Positions 7,815 through 17,935 of a stretch of DNA of 64,000 bases are shown here, piece by piece. The translations under genes and the position numbers were made by a program. The stretch comes from an uncultured bacterium (GTDB taxonomy: Bacteria; Patescibacteriota; Patescibacteriia; Magasanikbacterales; UBA922): assembly GCA_937861125.1 (NCBI GenBank), contig CALMAY010000038.1, positions 27,942-91,941 on the forward strand, given 5' to 3'. Under the pieces are notes generated by a model. The model searched no databases. It was not told the origin of the DNA and saw only the letters and a list, made by a program, of their open reading frames with translations. The stretch's first letter is position 1; every line of letters begins with the position of its first letter.

Positions 7815-8417
7815 ATGCTTGAACACTTATTTGGTTCAAAGACTCGCGCAGATATGCTGCGTATTTTCTTTCGTGAACCACAAAAAGCGCTGTACGTACG
7901 TGAATTGACACGACTTTTGGATACACAAATCAATGCGGTTCGTCGCGAAATTGAATCGCTGACGTCGCTGGGTTTGTTGATTGAAAAAGAAGCAGATTTG
8001 ACCGCAGCGCTTGCAGCTGGTGAAGCGGGAGCGGCACTGCGGAAGTATTATGTTGTCAACATGGATCATATTCTTTACAACGAGCTTCGTGCGTTGATTT
8101 TACGTTCTCAAATTGTGGATGAACAGGCGCTGCTGAAAGAGTTGCGAGAAAAAGGGGGTACGATTGATATACTTCTTATTACTGGTGTTTTTACGGGAGA
8201 CAAACATGCACCAGTGGATATGTTGATTGTTGGAGATATCAAGCCACAGCGAGTTGCTAAAAGTATTGAAAATTATGAAGCAAGGTTTGGGTCAAGTATA
8301 CGCTATACGACGATGACAAGACAGGAGTTTGTAGATAGACGTCATATGATGGACAAATTCTTGTTTTCGATTCTTGAGGCAGAACATATTTTTATTGTCA
8401 AAGAACTTGATGTCTAG
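7815..8417 (+). CDS. Winged-HTH domain protein (ArsR/PadR-like N-terminus) with an uncharacterised C-terminal domain.
   Basis: LRIFFREPQKALYVRELTRLLDTQINAVRREIESLTSLGLL resembles a wHTH. Start placed at the internal Met to avoid overlap with the divergent gene. Confidence 0.45.
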   Translation: MLEHLFGSKTRADMLRIFFREPQKALYVRELTRLLDTQINAVRREIESLTSLGLLIEKEADLTAALAAGEAGAALRKYYVVNMDHILYNELRALILRSQIVDEQALLKELREKGGTIDILLITGVFTGDKHAPVDMLIVGDIKPQRVAKSIENYEARFGSSIRYTTMTRQEFVDRRHMMDKFLFSILEAEHIFIVKELDV

Positions 8418-8422
8418 TATAT

Positions 8423-8800
8423 ATGTATTTGGTCATTGATTGTACCAAAAAAGAACAGATAGCACTCTCACTTGTCTGTTCTGCGATAGACATACGAATA
8501 TACGAACAGAGTGGTCGTCAGGTGGAATTACTTATGGCGATTCATACATTTTTTACACGTGAGCATATTGAGCCTCGTCAGGTATCTGGCGTGTGTGCGC
8601 TGACAGGAGAGGGGAGTTTTACCTCAAGTCGGTTGGCAGTGCTCTGTGGTAATGTATTTCATTTTGTGTACGGTGTCCCCGTTGTTACAATGAATACACA
8701 AACCATTTGCTCGTTTGATGCGTTATGTACGTTGTTTCGAAATGCAACGGGTGGGTATGTAGTAGCGACATATAGCGGTCTTCCAAATATACGTTCATAA
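8423..8800 (+). CDS. tsaB: TsaB/YeaZ-like protein (inactive Kae1 paralogue), short form.
   Basis: MYLVIDCT...LTGEGSFTSSRLAVLCGNVF resembles the TsaB N-terminal GPGSFTGxRIG region. Confidence 0.45.
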   Translation: MYLVIDCTKKEQIALSLVCSAIDIRIYEQSGRQVELLMAIHTFFTREHIEPRQVSGVCALTGEGSFTSSRLAVLCGNVFHFVYGVPVVTMNTQTICSFDALCTLFRNATGGYVVATYSGLPNIRS

Positions 8801-8803
8801 TAT

Positions 8804-10300
8804 ATGATCACTGAGTATCAACGGTATCGTTTGTATGAAATATTGCCAGGTCTTTCTATCTGGGGGTCTCTTGTACTTGCCTTGGTATTGAGTATTGTGC
8901 ATCCGGTAGCAATGATTTATTTCATTTTATTGTTTGATGTCTATTGGGTACTTAAAGTACTCAACTATGTGTTATATCTTACAATTGCGTGGCGTCGTTT
9001 TACTCGAGCAAAAGCAATTGATTGGACTAAAAAAATGCGTGTGAGTGCACCTGGATATGAGACCAAAAAACATGTGGTCTTTTTGACGTTATATAATGAA
9101 GAATGGGGGGTTATTAAAACAGCGATGGATAGTTTGGTTGCAAGTGTCTATGATCCACAGGTATTTACGATTGTGGTGGCTGGGGAAGCAAGAAAAGAAG
9201 AACATTGTCGTATGATCTATGCACAGATATGTGATACCTTTCGAGGTGCATTTGCTGATATTGTACTCACTATGCATCCTGCCAATCTCTCTGATGAAAT
9301 TCCTGGAAAAGGCTCTAATCTGCATTACAGTGAGACACAGATGAAACATTATATCGATGAGAAAGGCTGGTCATATGACGATGTGATTGTGACATTGTTT
9401 GATATTGATACCGTGTGTCACGTATCTTATTTTTCATATTTGACGTATCTGTATTGTACACATCCACGTCCAACGCGGAGTTCGTATCAACCAATTGCGC
9501 TTTATAATAATAATATGTGGGAATCTCCTGCGGTGTTGCGTATTATGGCGTTTGGAACCACATTTTGGACGATGATGTCACTTGCTCGTCAAGATGGTTT
9601 AGTTACCTTTTCTTCGCATTCGATGAGTTTTCGAGCGCTTGTGGATGCGGGATTTCATGAAAAAAGAATCGTCTCCGAAGATTCACGTATTTTTTATCAA
9701 TGTTTTTTGGCGTATAATGGTGACTATGAAGTGACGCCAATGTATTCACCTGTATCTATGGATACGGTTCGTGATGATAGCTGGTGGCAAAGTATCAAAA
9801 ACTTGTATCTTCAACAGCGTCGTTGGGCATGGGGTGTAGAGCATGTGCCTTTCTTACTTTGGGAATTTCGTAAAAAGGGTAGTGCTATTCCATTGTGGAA
9901 AAAGATGAAATATCTCTTTTTGGAATGGGAAGGAAAATGGTCGTGGTGTATCGTTGCGATTCTTATTACTGTTGTCGGACGTCTACCACTGTGGGTTTCT
10001 GGTGAAGAGGTTCGTCAGAGTGCATTGTGGTTTAATGCGCCACATGTGCTGGGTTTTTTGATGTCGTTGTCAATGATGGGTATGTTTCTCTCGGCAATTT
10101 TAAGTTTACCGCTGCTTCCACCACGACCTGCATCACACCCACTTCATAAATATATATTTATGTTATTACAATGGCTTTTGTTACCAATATCAATTTTGTT
10201 TGTCAGTGCTATTCCGGGTATTGATGCTGCGACACATTTGATGCGAGGGAAATATCTCGGATTTAATGTGTCACAAAAAAAACGAGCTATTTCTTCTTAG
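8804..10300 (+). CDS. Membrane glycosyltransferase, family 2 (processive, cellulose-synthase-like fold).
   Basis: DID/DxD region and QQRRW (QxxRW) motif; multiple transmembrane helices at both ends. Confidence 0.75.
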   Translation: MITEYQRYRLYEILPGLSIWGSLVLALVLSIVHPVAMIYFILLFDVYWVLKVLNYVLYLTIAWRRFTRAKAIDWTKKMRVSAPGYETKKHVVFLTLYNEEWGVIKTAMDSLVASVYDPQVFTIVVAGEARKEEHCRMIYAQICDTFRGAFADIVLTMHPANLSDEIPGKGSNLHYSETQMKHYIDEKGWSYDDVIVTLFDIDTVCHVSYFSYLTYLYCTHPRPTRSSYQPIALYNNNMWESPAVLRIMAFGTTFWTMMSLARQDGLVTFSSHSMSFRALVDAGFHEKRIVSEDSRIFYQCFLAYNGDYEVTPMYSPVSMDTVRDDSWWQSIKNLYLQQRRWAWGVEHVPFLLWEFRKKGSAIPLWKKMKYLFLEWEGKWSWCIVAILITVVGRLPLWVSGEEVRQSALWFNAPHVLGFLMSLSMMGMFLSAILSLPLLPPRPASHPLHKYIFMLLQWLLLPISILFVSAIPGIDAATHLMRGKYLGFNVSQKKRAISS

Positions 10301-10306
10301 ATTTGT

Positions 10307-11761
10307 ATGAGACACACACGATATATTATTGTTGCAATTATCTGTTTTGTTTTGACACTCGTATCACTGGGTGTATATGGTGCATATACAATGATGCGTC
10401 AATTGACACCAGCAGAAGTGCTCAAAAGTGAGACAGCACGCAACTTTATACGCGATAACCTTCCAGAAGATAAAAAAGTGTTTTTTGATTTACTTCCAGA
10501 CTTATTGGGACTTGAGGCACCAAAGACATATCTTGTTTTATTTCAAAACAATACGGAGTTGCGACCTACTGGTGGATTCATTGGATCATTTGCTGTGATA
10601 CGTGTTTACAAAGGATCATTTGAATTGCTTTCCGTACAGGGGACCGAACAACTTGATTGGCGTACACTCCCGTCTACTGCTCAAAAACCACCCCAACCTA
10701 TTTTGGAGTATCTAGATGTGCCATATTGGTATAGTCGTGATGCAAATTGGTCTCCTGATTTTCGTGTGGCAGTGCCAGATATATTGCGTTTGTATACACA
10801 AGAAGATGGGCCGTATGCGGGTGAAATTGATATGGTGGTGGCAATTACTGCGAGTGTACTTGAAGATGTATTGGCGGATATAGGACCGCTTGAGGTAGAG
10901 GGTCAGACATTTACCGCACAAAATGCGATTGATGTATTGCAGTATGATACGTCATTTGGGTATGCCGATCGTAATATTCCTTGGCAAGATAGAAAACGTA
11001 TGATTGATATATTATCTGCTGAGATTATTCAGCGTATTACGGATGATCCGATTGGGTTGGCGCCAAAGTTGGTATCTACATTAAGTGTTCGTGCGCGTGA
11101 GGGACATGTAGTGCTCTATAGTGTTGATGATGTATTACAGTCTCAATTTGAAGCACAACAAATTGCTGGACGCGTGCTGTCATCAGGTGGTGATGCACTG
11201 ATGTGGGTAGATGCTAATCTAGCTGCACTCAAGACAGATCAAGCAATTAAACGTTCGCTCATATATGCATTACATCAAGACAAGAATTCAAAAGAATGGA
11301 TTGGTACAGCAACAATGCACTATGTACATACAAAAGATTTTGATTGGAAGACGACACGGTATTTGACATACGCACGTGTATTTGTGCCGCAAGGTGCGCA
11401 GATCAAACGAGTCTATACAACACTCAATGGAGGGGAGCAAAAAGACGTAGATATGAAGAAAGTTTCAGGAGGCGTTGAATTGGGAAAACAATGGTTTGGG
11501 TATTATTATTTTTTGGAACCAAAACAGACTGGAACGTTGACATTTGAGTATTCTCTTCCAAAACAGGTGATCACAAAACCGTATACACTTTTTGTTCAAA
11601 AGCAACTTGGTACAGAAGCACATGGTTTGACGCTCGACCTACAATTTGATACAAAGATACAGACAGCAACCCCAGGTGAAACAAAAGATAAGTGGGGGGA
11701 TGCTCGATACCAATATACTACCGATCTTCGGGTAAGTAGGGAGGTACAGGTTGGCTTTTAA
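10307..11761 (+). CDS. DUF4012 family protein, membrane-anchored.
   Basis: N-terminal TM helix plus ELRPTGGFIGSFAVI, the signature I recall for DUF4012. Confidence 0.65.
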   Translation: MRHTRYIIVAIICFVLTLVSLGVYGAYTMMRQLTPAEVLKSETARNFIRDNLPEDKKVFFDLLPDLLGLEAPKTYLVLFQNNTELRPTGGFIGSFAVIRVYKGSFELLSVQGTEQLDWRTLPSTAQKPPQPILEYLDVPYWYSRDANWSPDFRVAVPDILRLYTQEDGPYAGEIDMVVAITASVLEDVLADIGPLEVEGQTFTAQNAIDVLQYDTSFGYADRNIPWQDRKRMIDILSAEIIQRITDDPIGLAPKLVSTLSVRAREGHVVLYSVDDVLQSQFEAQQIAGRVLSSGGDALMWVDANLAALKTDQAIKRSLIYALHQDKNSKEWIGTATMHYVHTKDFDWKTTRYLTYARVFVPQGAQIKRVYTTLNGGEQKDVDMKKVSGGVELGKQWFGYYYFLEPKQTGTLTFEYSLPKQVITKPYTLFVQKQLGTEAHGLTLDLQFDTKIQTATPGETKDKWGDARYQYTTDLRVSREVQVGF

Positions 11762-12776
11762 ACTGCATATGTTAATCAAAAAAGTTGCAATTGATTTGGG
11801 AACCACCAACGTGCTGGTCTATGTACCAAAGCGCGGTATTGTGATCAATGAACCGTCGGTGGTAGCAATTTCTAAAGAAGATAAAAAAGTGTTGGCGGTA
11901 GGTGTTGAGGCAAAGGATATGATTGGTCGTACTCCCGATATGATTATTGCTGAGCGTCCACTCAAAGATGGTGTGATCGCCAACTATCGTACGACTGAGG
12001 CAATGTTGCGGTATTTTATCAACAAAGCACTTGGTGGTGTGCGCCTCTTTCGTCCTGAGGTAATGGTAGCTGTTCCTGGTGGTATTACTAGTACAGAGCG
12101 TCGTGCGGTGATGGAAGCAGCAATGGCTGCGGGTGCACGAGCAGCCTATATTATCAAAGAACCGATTGTGGCGGCGATTGGAGCAGATATTCCGATTGGA
12201 TCTGCGTCGGGAAATATGATTATTGATATTGGTGGTGGTACCGCTGAGATTGCTGTCATTTCACTCGGTGGCATTGTGACAAGTGGATCTGTTCGTATTG
12301 GGGGGACAAGACTTGATGCGTCGATTGGTGAGTATATTCGTCGAAAATATGGTCTAGCAATCGGTGAACGTACGGCTGAAGAAGTAAAGATCAAAGTGGG
12401 TTCAGCTATGTATATGGATAAATCACTGACCATGGAGGTCAAGGGGCGTGATATGATTTCCGGATTACCTCGTACAATGACTATTTCAAGTAATGATATT
12501 ACTGAGGCGCTACAACATGATTTGGAAGGGTTAATTGATGCGATCAAAGACGTGCTCCATCGTACACCACCAGAGCTCTCTGCTGATGTAATGGAAAAGG
12601 GGATTGTGATGAGTGGAGGAAGTAGTCAACTGCGCAATCTTGATGAGCTTGTCTCTCAGGCGACTGGTGTAGCCTGTTATGTGGCGGATGAGCCGCTGCT
12701 CTGTGTGGCCAAAGGGACTGGTATTGCTCTGGAGAATTTGGATAGTTATAAACGTAGTATTTTGGCGACACGTTAG
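11751..12776 (+). CDS. mreB: Rod shape-determining protein MreB.
   Basis: IDLGTTNVLVYV actin-fold phosphate-1 motif and MreB-like sequence throughout. True start may be the internal Met at 11769. Confidence 0.9.
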   Translation: MAFKLHMLIKKVAIDLGTTNVLVYVPKRGIVINEPSVVAISKEDKKVLAVGVEAKDMIGRTPDMIIAERPLKDGVIANYRTTEAMLRYFINKALGGVRLFRPEVMVAVPGGITSTERRAVMEAAMAAGARAAYIIKEPIVAAIGADIPIGSASGNMIIDIGGGTAEIAVISLGGIVTSGSVRIGGTRLDASIGEYIRRKYGLAIGERTAEEVKIKVGSAMYMDKSLTMEVKGRDMISGLPRTMTISSNDITEALQHDLEGLIDAIKDVLHRTPPELSADVMEKGIVMSGGSSQLRNLDELVSQATGVACYVADEPLLCVAKGTGIALENLDSYKRSILATR

Positions 12777-12786
12777 AGAGAATCAT

Positions 12787-13908
12787 ATGGTGATTGGTAT
12801 TGCAATGTACACCGCAAACACCATAGAACGTACCGGGGTGGCCTGGTATGTTTTTCATTTGGTAAAACAGCTTGCTTTGTTGTGTCCGTCAGGTGTTACC
12901 TTTCGTTTGTATGTCGATCGTCCGTTGGTCGCCGATTTTTTTCCATTGCCAGATTGTGTAGAAGTAAGAGTACTACGTCATCCTTTGAAATATGCGTGGA
13001 CACATACTCGATTGTCGTACGAATTATGGCGACATCCTGTGGATGTGCTTTTTGTTCCGTCTCATGTTCTTCCATTATTTTGTCGTATACCGATGGTGAT
13101 GACAATTCATGATGTTGCTGCGATGCATTTACCACAAACATATTCTTTTGCACAACGATGGTATACGATTACGAGTGCACGATTTGCGTTGAAGCGAGCC
13201 AAAGCAGTTATTGTGCCATCTCTCGCGACCAAAAAAGATTTAGAACAATTGATACCAGTGAGTACTGCACGTGTTACGATGGTCCCACTCGCTGTCGATA
13301 CCCAGCAACATTGTGTCGCTTCTCCAGAGGCGGTGAAAACAGTGTTGTCTGAATTGAATATTATTGTGCCGTACTTTTTGTTCGTCGGGAGATTAGAGAG
13401 TAAGAAAAATGTTCAAGGGATTTTGCGGGCGTACGAAGTGTTTCGTCGTCTGAACACATCGTGTGTTCAGTTGGTGTTGGTAGGAAAACGTGGTGTGGGG
13501 TATGAGGAGATTGAGCAGCTGTTTCAAAACCATCCATACAAAAATGACATCATTCTCAAAGAGGGTTGGATAGAACAAGAGAAAGTACAAGCGCTCTATA
13601 CTGGTGCGACTGTTTGTGTGTATCCGAGTTTGTACGAAGGGTTTGGACTCAATGTGCTAGAGTCTTTGTCATATGGCGTGCCTGTGATTGTGAGTGATTC
13701 TGGGTCACTGTCTGAGTTGGGTGGTGACTGTGTGGTGCGCGTTTCGGCGTCAGATACTGAAGCGATTGCGCGGGCTATGGCTACTGTATGTACCGATACT
13801 GCATTTCTCGTACATGTAAAGCAAGATGGTCCGGAGTATGTGAAAACGTATATCTGGGAGCGTACCGCAGTAGAAACGTTACAGGTTTTGACGAACGTGG
13901 TAACATAG
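12787..13908 (+). CDS. Glycosyltransferase family 1 (GT4).
   Basis: EGFGLNVLESLSYGVPVIVSDSGSLSE (EX7E region) and GT-B fold pattern. Confidence 0.85.
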   Translation: MVIGIAMYTANTIERTGVAWYVFHLVKQLALLCPSGVTFRLYVDRPLVADFFPLPDCVEVRVLRHPLKYAWTHTRLSYELWRHPVDVLFVPSHVLPLFCRIPMVMTIHDVAAMHLPQTYSFAQRWYTITSARFALKRAKAVIVPSLATKKDLEQLIPVSTARVTMVPLAVDTQQHCVASPEAVKTVLSELNIIVPYFLFVGRLESKKNVQGILRAYEVFRRLNTSCVQLVLVGKRGVGYEEIEQLFQNHPYKNDIILKEGWIEQEKVQALYTGATVCVYPSLYEGFGLNVLESLSYGVPVIVSDSGSLSELGGDCVVRVSASDTEAIARAMATVCTDTAFLVHVKQDGPEYVKTYIWERTAVETLQVLTNVVT

Positions 13909-13914
13909 TGTTGT

Positions 13915-14790
13915 ATGGAACATATTATTGGTAATACACATATTGTTTCTTTGTTTGAGCGTTTGTTACAAAACGGTCAACTTGGTCATGCATATTGTTT
14001 GGTGGGGCCAGCACATATTGGAAAACACACGATAGCATGTGAGGTTGCGGCTCAGTATTTGGGTACGACCTCAGTACAGCTGCGTATGCACCCAGATATG
14101 TTTGAGTTATCCCCCGAAGACAAAGAAAATGGCAAGATAAAAATAGAAGTAGTTCGGAGTTGTAAAGAATTTCTTTCCCATACATCTGTGCATGGACGTG
14201 GATTGGTGGTGCTTATCGATGATGCGCACACATTGACAGATGAAGCGGCCAATGCGTTATTGAAGTCTATTGAAGAGCCACCCAAGAAAACATTGTTTTT
14301 GTTAGTAACTCCATTTGAATCGCTATTGCCACAGACTATCCGTTCTCGATGTCAGATACTTCAGTGTACGACTGTAGGGAGAGAGGAAATAATTCAGGCA
14401 CTTGTCACACGTGGTACATCTTTAGATGACGCACATATGTATGCGTCATGTGCGGATGGGCGTGTTGGTGTTGCGTTTGGGTGTGCAAGCTCTTTTGATG
14501 TGTATACACAGATCAATGGGTGTCGTATACAGAGTGAACGCTTGCGTCATGCACCGTTGTATGAGAAAATACAAGTAGTCCAAGATGTGACTGACGATGA
14601 GATAGTGTCGCTTTCTGAGCGAATTGCCTGCTGGTGTGTGGCAGATATGCAATATGTTCGTACAGAGATAATTCGTACGGGTACAATTGATACGGCGGTG
14701 TTAGACTATGTGTGTGGTTATCCAAAATTATTAGAAACATTGAGAACAAATACAAATAAACAACTTACTCTTGAACAATTTGTTTTTTAG
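13915..14790 (+). CDS. holB: DNA polymerase III delta-prime subunit.
   Basis: AAA+ clamp-loader pattern: HAYCLVGPAHIGKHT, SRC motif IRSRCQ. Confidence 0.8.
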   Translation: MEHIIGNTHIVSLFERLLQNGQLGHAYCLVGPAHIGKHTIACEVAAQYLGTTSVQLRMHPDMFELSPEDKENGKIKIEVVRSCKEFLSHTSVHGRGLVVLIDDAHTLTDEAANALLKSIEEPPKKTLFLLVTPFESLLPQTIRSRCQILQCTTVGREEIIQALVTRGTSLDDAHMYASCADGRVGVAFGCASSFDVYTQINGCRIQSERLRHAPLYEKIQVVQDVTDDEIVSLSERIACWCVADMQYVRTEIIRTGTIDTAVLDYVCGYPKLLETLRTNTNKQLTLEQFVF

Positions 14791-14798
14791 CTTTTATA

Positions 14799-15884
14799 TT
14801 GTGTATGCGTCGTTATCTTTTCCTTGCTATCATCTGTGCATTACCACTGTTAGGTGCTGGATGTTTATCTGTTGATAAACAGACCAAGACAACTGGTCCA
14901 GCAGGTATGTTTGTTTCTGCAGATAAAGGGGATAACTGGAAGCAGTCTTCCGCAATGCCCACCCTCAAAGGAGTAACGCAACTTGATGGCGTGAGTGTGT
15001 ATCGTATGTTTGAAGATCCAAGTGATCCAAAAGCACTTTACTGGGCATCTCGAGGTGAGGGATTTTTTTATAGTTATGATGACGGTACGACGTGGCAACA
15101 TGCTAAAGCGCCGTTGAATACTGGGATTGTATACAGTATATCAGTTGATCCGGCAGATACGTGTACGGTGTATGTGACAAATGGTAGTAAGCTATACAAA
15201 ACAACAGATTGTAGTCGTAACTGGACTGAAGTATATCGTGAAGATCGTGATATCGCACGCATTGCAACAGTCTATGTGGATAGAATCAAAAATAATCGTG
15301 TATATTTAGGAAAAGCAAATGGAGAATTGCTTGTTTCAAATGATGGTGGTGCGAGTTGGACAATGTTGAAACAATTTACCAAAAAAGCACGTATTACTCA
15401 TCTCGTGGCTGATTCTGTGGATCCAAAAATATTATATCTTGCCACACTCACTGATGGATTGTATCGATCAGTAGATAGTGGGGAGACGTGGACCCATTTG
15501 ATTGACCCAATTAAAAAGTTTTCAAAAGCAACAAATTTTCGTCGATTGGTCGTACATCCAAAACAACAATCAACCCTCTTTTGGGTTTCTGAATATGGAA
15601 TTCTCAAAACAACAAATGGAGGAGATAGTTGGGAAGGGTTGAAATTAGTTACACCTCCTGGGAGTGTTCCAATCTATGCATTTGGTATGAGTGCTCAAAA
15701 TGAAAAAGAGATGTATTATACGACATTTCAAAATGGCCGTACTACATTTTATAAAACCGATGATGGTGGTCAGTCTTGGAGCACGCGCAAGCTTCCAAGT
15801 GGGCAGATACCTACCTTCTTGCGTGTTCATCCAGAAGATGATAGTATCGTCTTTGTTGGGTTTTCAATTCCACCTAAAAAATAA
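14799..15884 (+). CDS. BNR/Asp-box repeat lipoprotein (sialidase-like beta-propeller; Ycf48-like).
   Basis: Six S-x-D-x-G-x-T/S-W repeats (SADKGDNW, SYDDGTTW, SNDGGASW, SVDSGETW, TNGGDSW, TDDGGQSW); signal peptide with Cys. Confidence 0.7.
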   Translation: MCMRRYLFLAIICALPLLGAGCLSVDKQTKTTGPAGMFVSADKGDNWKQSSAMPTLKGVTQLDGVSVYRMFEDPSDPKALYWASRGEGFFYSYDDGTTWQHAKAPLNTGIVYSISVDPADTCTVYVTNGSKLYKTTDCSRNWTEVYREDRDIARIATVYVDRIKNNRVYLGKANGELLVSNDGGASWTMLKQFTKKARITHLVADSVDPKILYLATLTDGLYRSVDSGETWTHLIDPIKKFSKATNFRRLVVHPKQQSTLFWVSEYGILKTTNGGDSWEGLKLVTPPGSVPIYAFGMSAQNEKEMYYTTFQNGRTTFYKTDDGGQSWSTRKLPSGQIPTFLRVHPEDDSIVFVGFSIPPKK

Positions 15885-15899
15885 TGAATTATATATTAT

Positions 15900-16451
15900 A
15901 TGAGCATGTTATCCGTATTTAAAGAACAGATGCAGAACGCTATTGATCATTTAAAAAAAGAGGTTGCGACACTTCGTACCGGTCGTGCTACTCCAGCTAT
16001 TGTTGAGGACGTTTCTATCGAAGCGTATGGTATGCGTCAGCCACTGAAAGCACTAGCTTCTATTAGTATTTTGGATGCAAAAACATTGCAGGTAGAGCCA
16101 TGGGACAAATCACAGATGCAGGCGATTGATTCTGGTATTCGTGCTGGTAACCTTGGGTTTAACCCGGTCAATGATGGAAAGGTGATTCGTATTTCACTTC
16201 CAGACCTTACTGCGGATCGTCGTCAGGAGCTTATTAAAGTACTCAATCGCAAACTAGAAGAAGCACGGGTATCAATTCGTCAGGTACGTGAAGATGCACG
16301 TACAGAGATTGGTAATGCGGTAGATGAGAAGTTGTTGTCTGAGGATGAAAAGTTTAAGCATTTTGATGATATCGAAAAAATGACCAAAGAGTTCAATGAA
16401 ATGACACGAGCAATTGGCGAAGAAAAAGAAAAAGAGATTTTGACTGTGTAA
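15900..16451 (+). CDS. frr: Ribosome recycling factor.
   Basis: Full-length RRF-like sequence. Confidence 0.93.
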   Translation: MSMLSVFKEQMQNAIDHLKKEVATLRTGRATPAIVEDVSIEAYGMRQPLKALASISILDAKTLQVEPWDKSQMQAIDSGIRAGNLGFNPVNDGKVIRISLPDLTADRRQELIKVLNRKLEEARVSIRQVREDARTEIGNAVDEKLLSEDEKFKHFDDIEKMTKEFNEMTRAIGEEKEKEILTV

Positions 16452-16455
16452 CGAT

Positions 16456-16902
16456 ATGCGTTGTGTACTGCAAAAAGTTACACGCGCACAGGTAACTGTG
16501 AATCAAAAAACCGTTGGCGACATTGCCCACGGTTTTGTTCTTTTGCTTGGTGTGACGCATACTGATACTCACAAAGATGTTGAGTATTTAGCCGAAAAAA
16601 TATTGAAGTTACGACTGTTTGCTGATCTTGGGAGTGATACGTTTATGGAGAAAAATATTATTGAAGTTGGTGGAAGTATTTTGATAGTGTCACAATTTAC
16701 ACTGTATGGTGATTGTTCGAAAGGGACGCGACCGAGCTTTACAGATGCTGCCAAGCCCGATGTGGCAAAACCACTCTATGAACACTTCGTTTCGTACATG
16801 CGAGAAAAGGTGGTTGAGGTACAGACAGGGGAGTTTGGTGCACACATGGATGTATCGCTGACAAATGATGGGCCTATTACTCTGGTATTAGAATCAAAAT
16901 AA
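16456..16902 (+). CDS. dtd: D-aminoacyl-tRNA deacylase.
   Basis: Conserved SQFTLY and C-terminal GPITLVLE motifs of Dtd. Confidence 0.9.
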   Translation: MRCVLQKVTRAQVTVNQKTVGDIAHGFVLLLGVTHTDTHKDVEYLAEKILKLRLFADLGSDTFMEKNIIEVGGSILIVSQFTLYGDCSKGTRPSFTDAAKPDVAKPLYEHFVSYMREKVVEVQTGEFGAHMDVSLTNDGPITLVLESK

Positions 16903-16932
16903 AAACACCCCATATATATCGGGGTGTTTTTA
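16899..16932. terminator. Bidirectional rho-independent terminator between dtd and the convergent gene.
   Basis: AAAAACACCCC-atatatatc-GGGGTGTTTTT. Confidence 0.8.
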
Positions 16933-17319
16933 TTATAGCAAAGGACTTTTCTCGGACTGCCAGTATTCTCGCAGAGATGCAATTTTTTCATCTCTGATTT
17001 CCATAATCGCCACTTCTTTCATGTGGACGCGAACGTGGTCGGTATTGTTGTCAAACCAGGCTTCCCATTCAGCGATGAGTGTATCCTCTATAGTGTAGTA
17101 GGTGAGAAGTTTGAATTCGATGTTGGATTGTTCTGTACATACCTTGCTATTCCAGTAGGCGGCGATTTCACTATGTCCGCGCATTGGTTCTCTGAGAACA
17201 CGTTCATGGTATGTTCCATCTTCTGTAAAGATGCTCAAGATTTTTGGTGTGTCTTGTGTTGTCCATGCTTCGCTGTATGTGTGAAGAAGTGTTTCTGCTT
17301 GTGTTTGTGTGAGTGACAT
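16933..17319 (-). CDS. NTF2-like / SnoaL-like small protein.
   Basis: Size and pattern (W..AW...D...F..D) of the ketosteroid-isomerase/SnoaL fold. Start placed at MSLTQTQ. Confidence 0.5.
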   Translation of the reverse strand: MSLTQTQAETLLHTYSEAWTTQDTPKILSIFTEDGTYHERVLREPMRGHSEIAAYWNSKVCTEQSNIEFKLLTYYTIEDTLIAEWEAWFDNNTDHVRVHMKEVAIMEIRDEKIASLREYWQSEKSPLL

Positions 17320-17326
17320 AGTATGT

Positions 17327-17926
17327 TTAGGTATTTGTAATAAGTGTTGTTGGTATTTGTCCGCTTTGCTCCAAAAGAAAGTTGTGACGTGCTGCAAAAG
17401 CAGCTCGCGCCTCAGGGAGCACAATTTTTTTATCCCAATCTTTCATTGCCTTTTTAACATTACCCTGCATGAGCTCGGTGAAATGTGTGCCTGGATTTTC
17501 GTACCACCAGAGTGAAAAGAATGGTCCGATTAAATGTGCACAGCCATCTGCGGAGGAGATAATTTTTATTTCAATGGGTGTCGCATCGCTCCAGAGATCT
17601 ATTTTTTTATCCATGATATCGACATACTCTATTGCGCGCTGTGCAAATGATTCATCAAAGCCATATTCTAGTAGTTTTTCTTTTCCCTTTGTGAGTGTTG
17701 TTTCGTATTGATTGGCAAAATCAAGAATCTTGCCATAATCATGAAGCCAGACGAGCGTATGCACGAGGTCGCGATCTGCTGTTGGATATTTATCACAGAG
17801 CTCAAGAGCTATCTTTTCAACAATGTTGAGGTGGTAGGTGATAAACCATTCGTGGTGAATGAAGTCTGGATTTTGTGAGGCTTCAATGACGTGGGCTTTG
17901 AATTGCTCAATATGTTGTGATGCCAT
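17327..17926 (-). CDS. HD-domain phosphohydrolase.
   Basis: H...LHDYGK (H..HD) metal-binding motif. Confidence 0.7.
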   Translation of the reverse strand: MASQHIEQFKAHVIEASQNPDFIHHEWFITYHLNIVEKIALELCDKYPTADRDLVHTLVWLHDYGKILDFANQYETTLTKGKEKLLEYGFDESFAQRAIEYVDIMDKKIDLWSDATPIEIKIISSADGCAHLIGPFFSLWWYENPGTHFTELMQGNVKKAMKDWDKKIVLPEARAAFAARHNFLLEQSGQIPTTLITNT

Positions 17927-17935
17927 AGAGTATTG

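Noticed and set aside
12146-12858. Minus-strand ORFs inside mreB and the GT4 gene (12146..12547, 12544..12858).
   Set aside because: Antisense to genes with strong family signatures; no support of their own.
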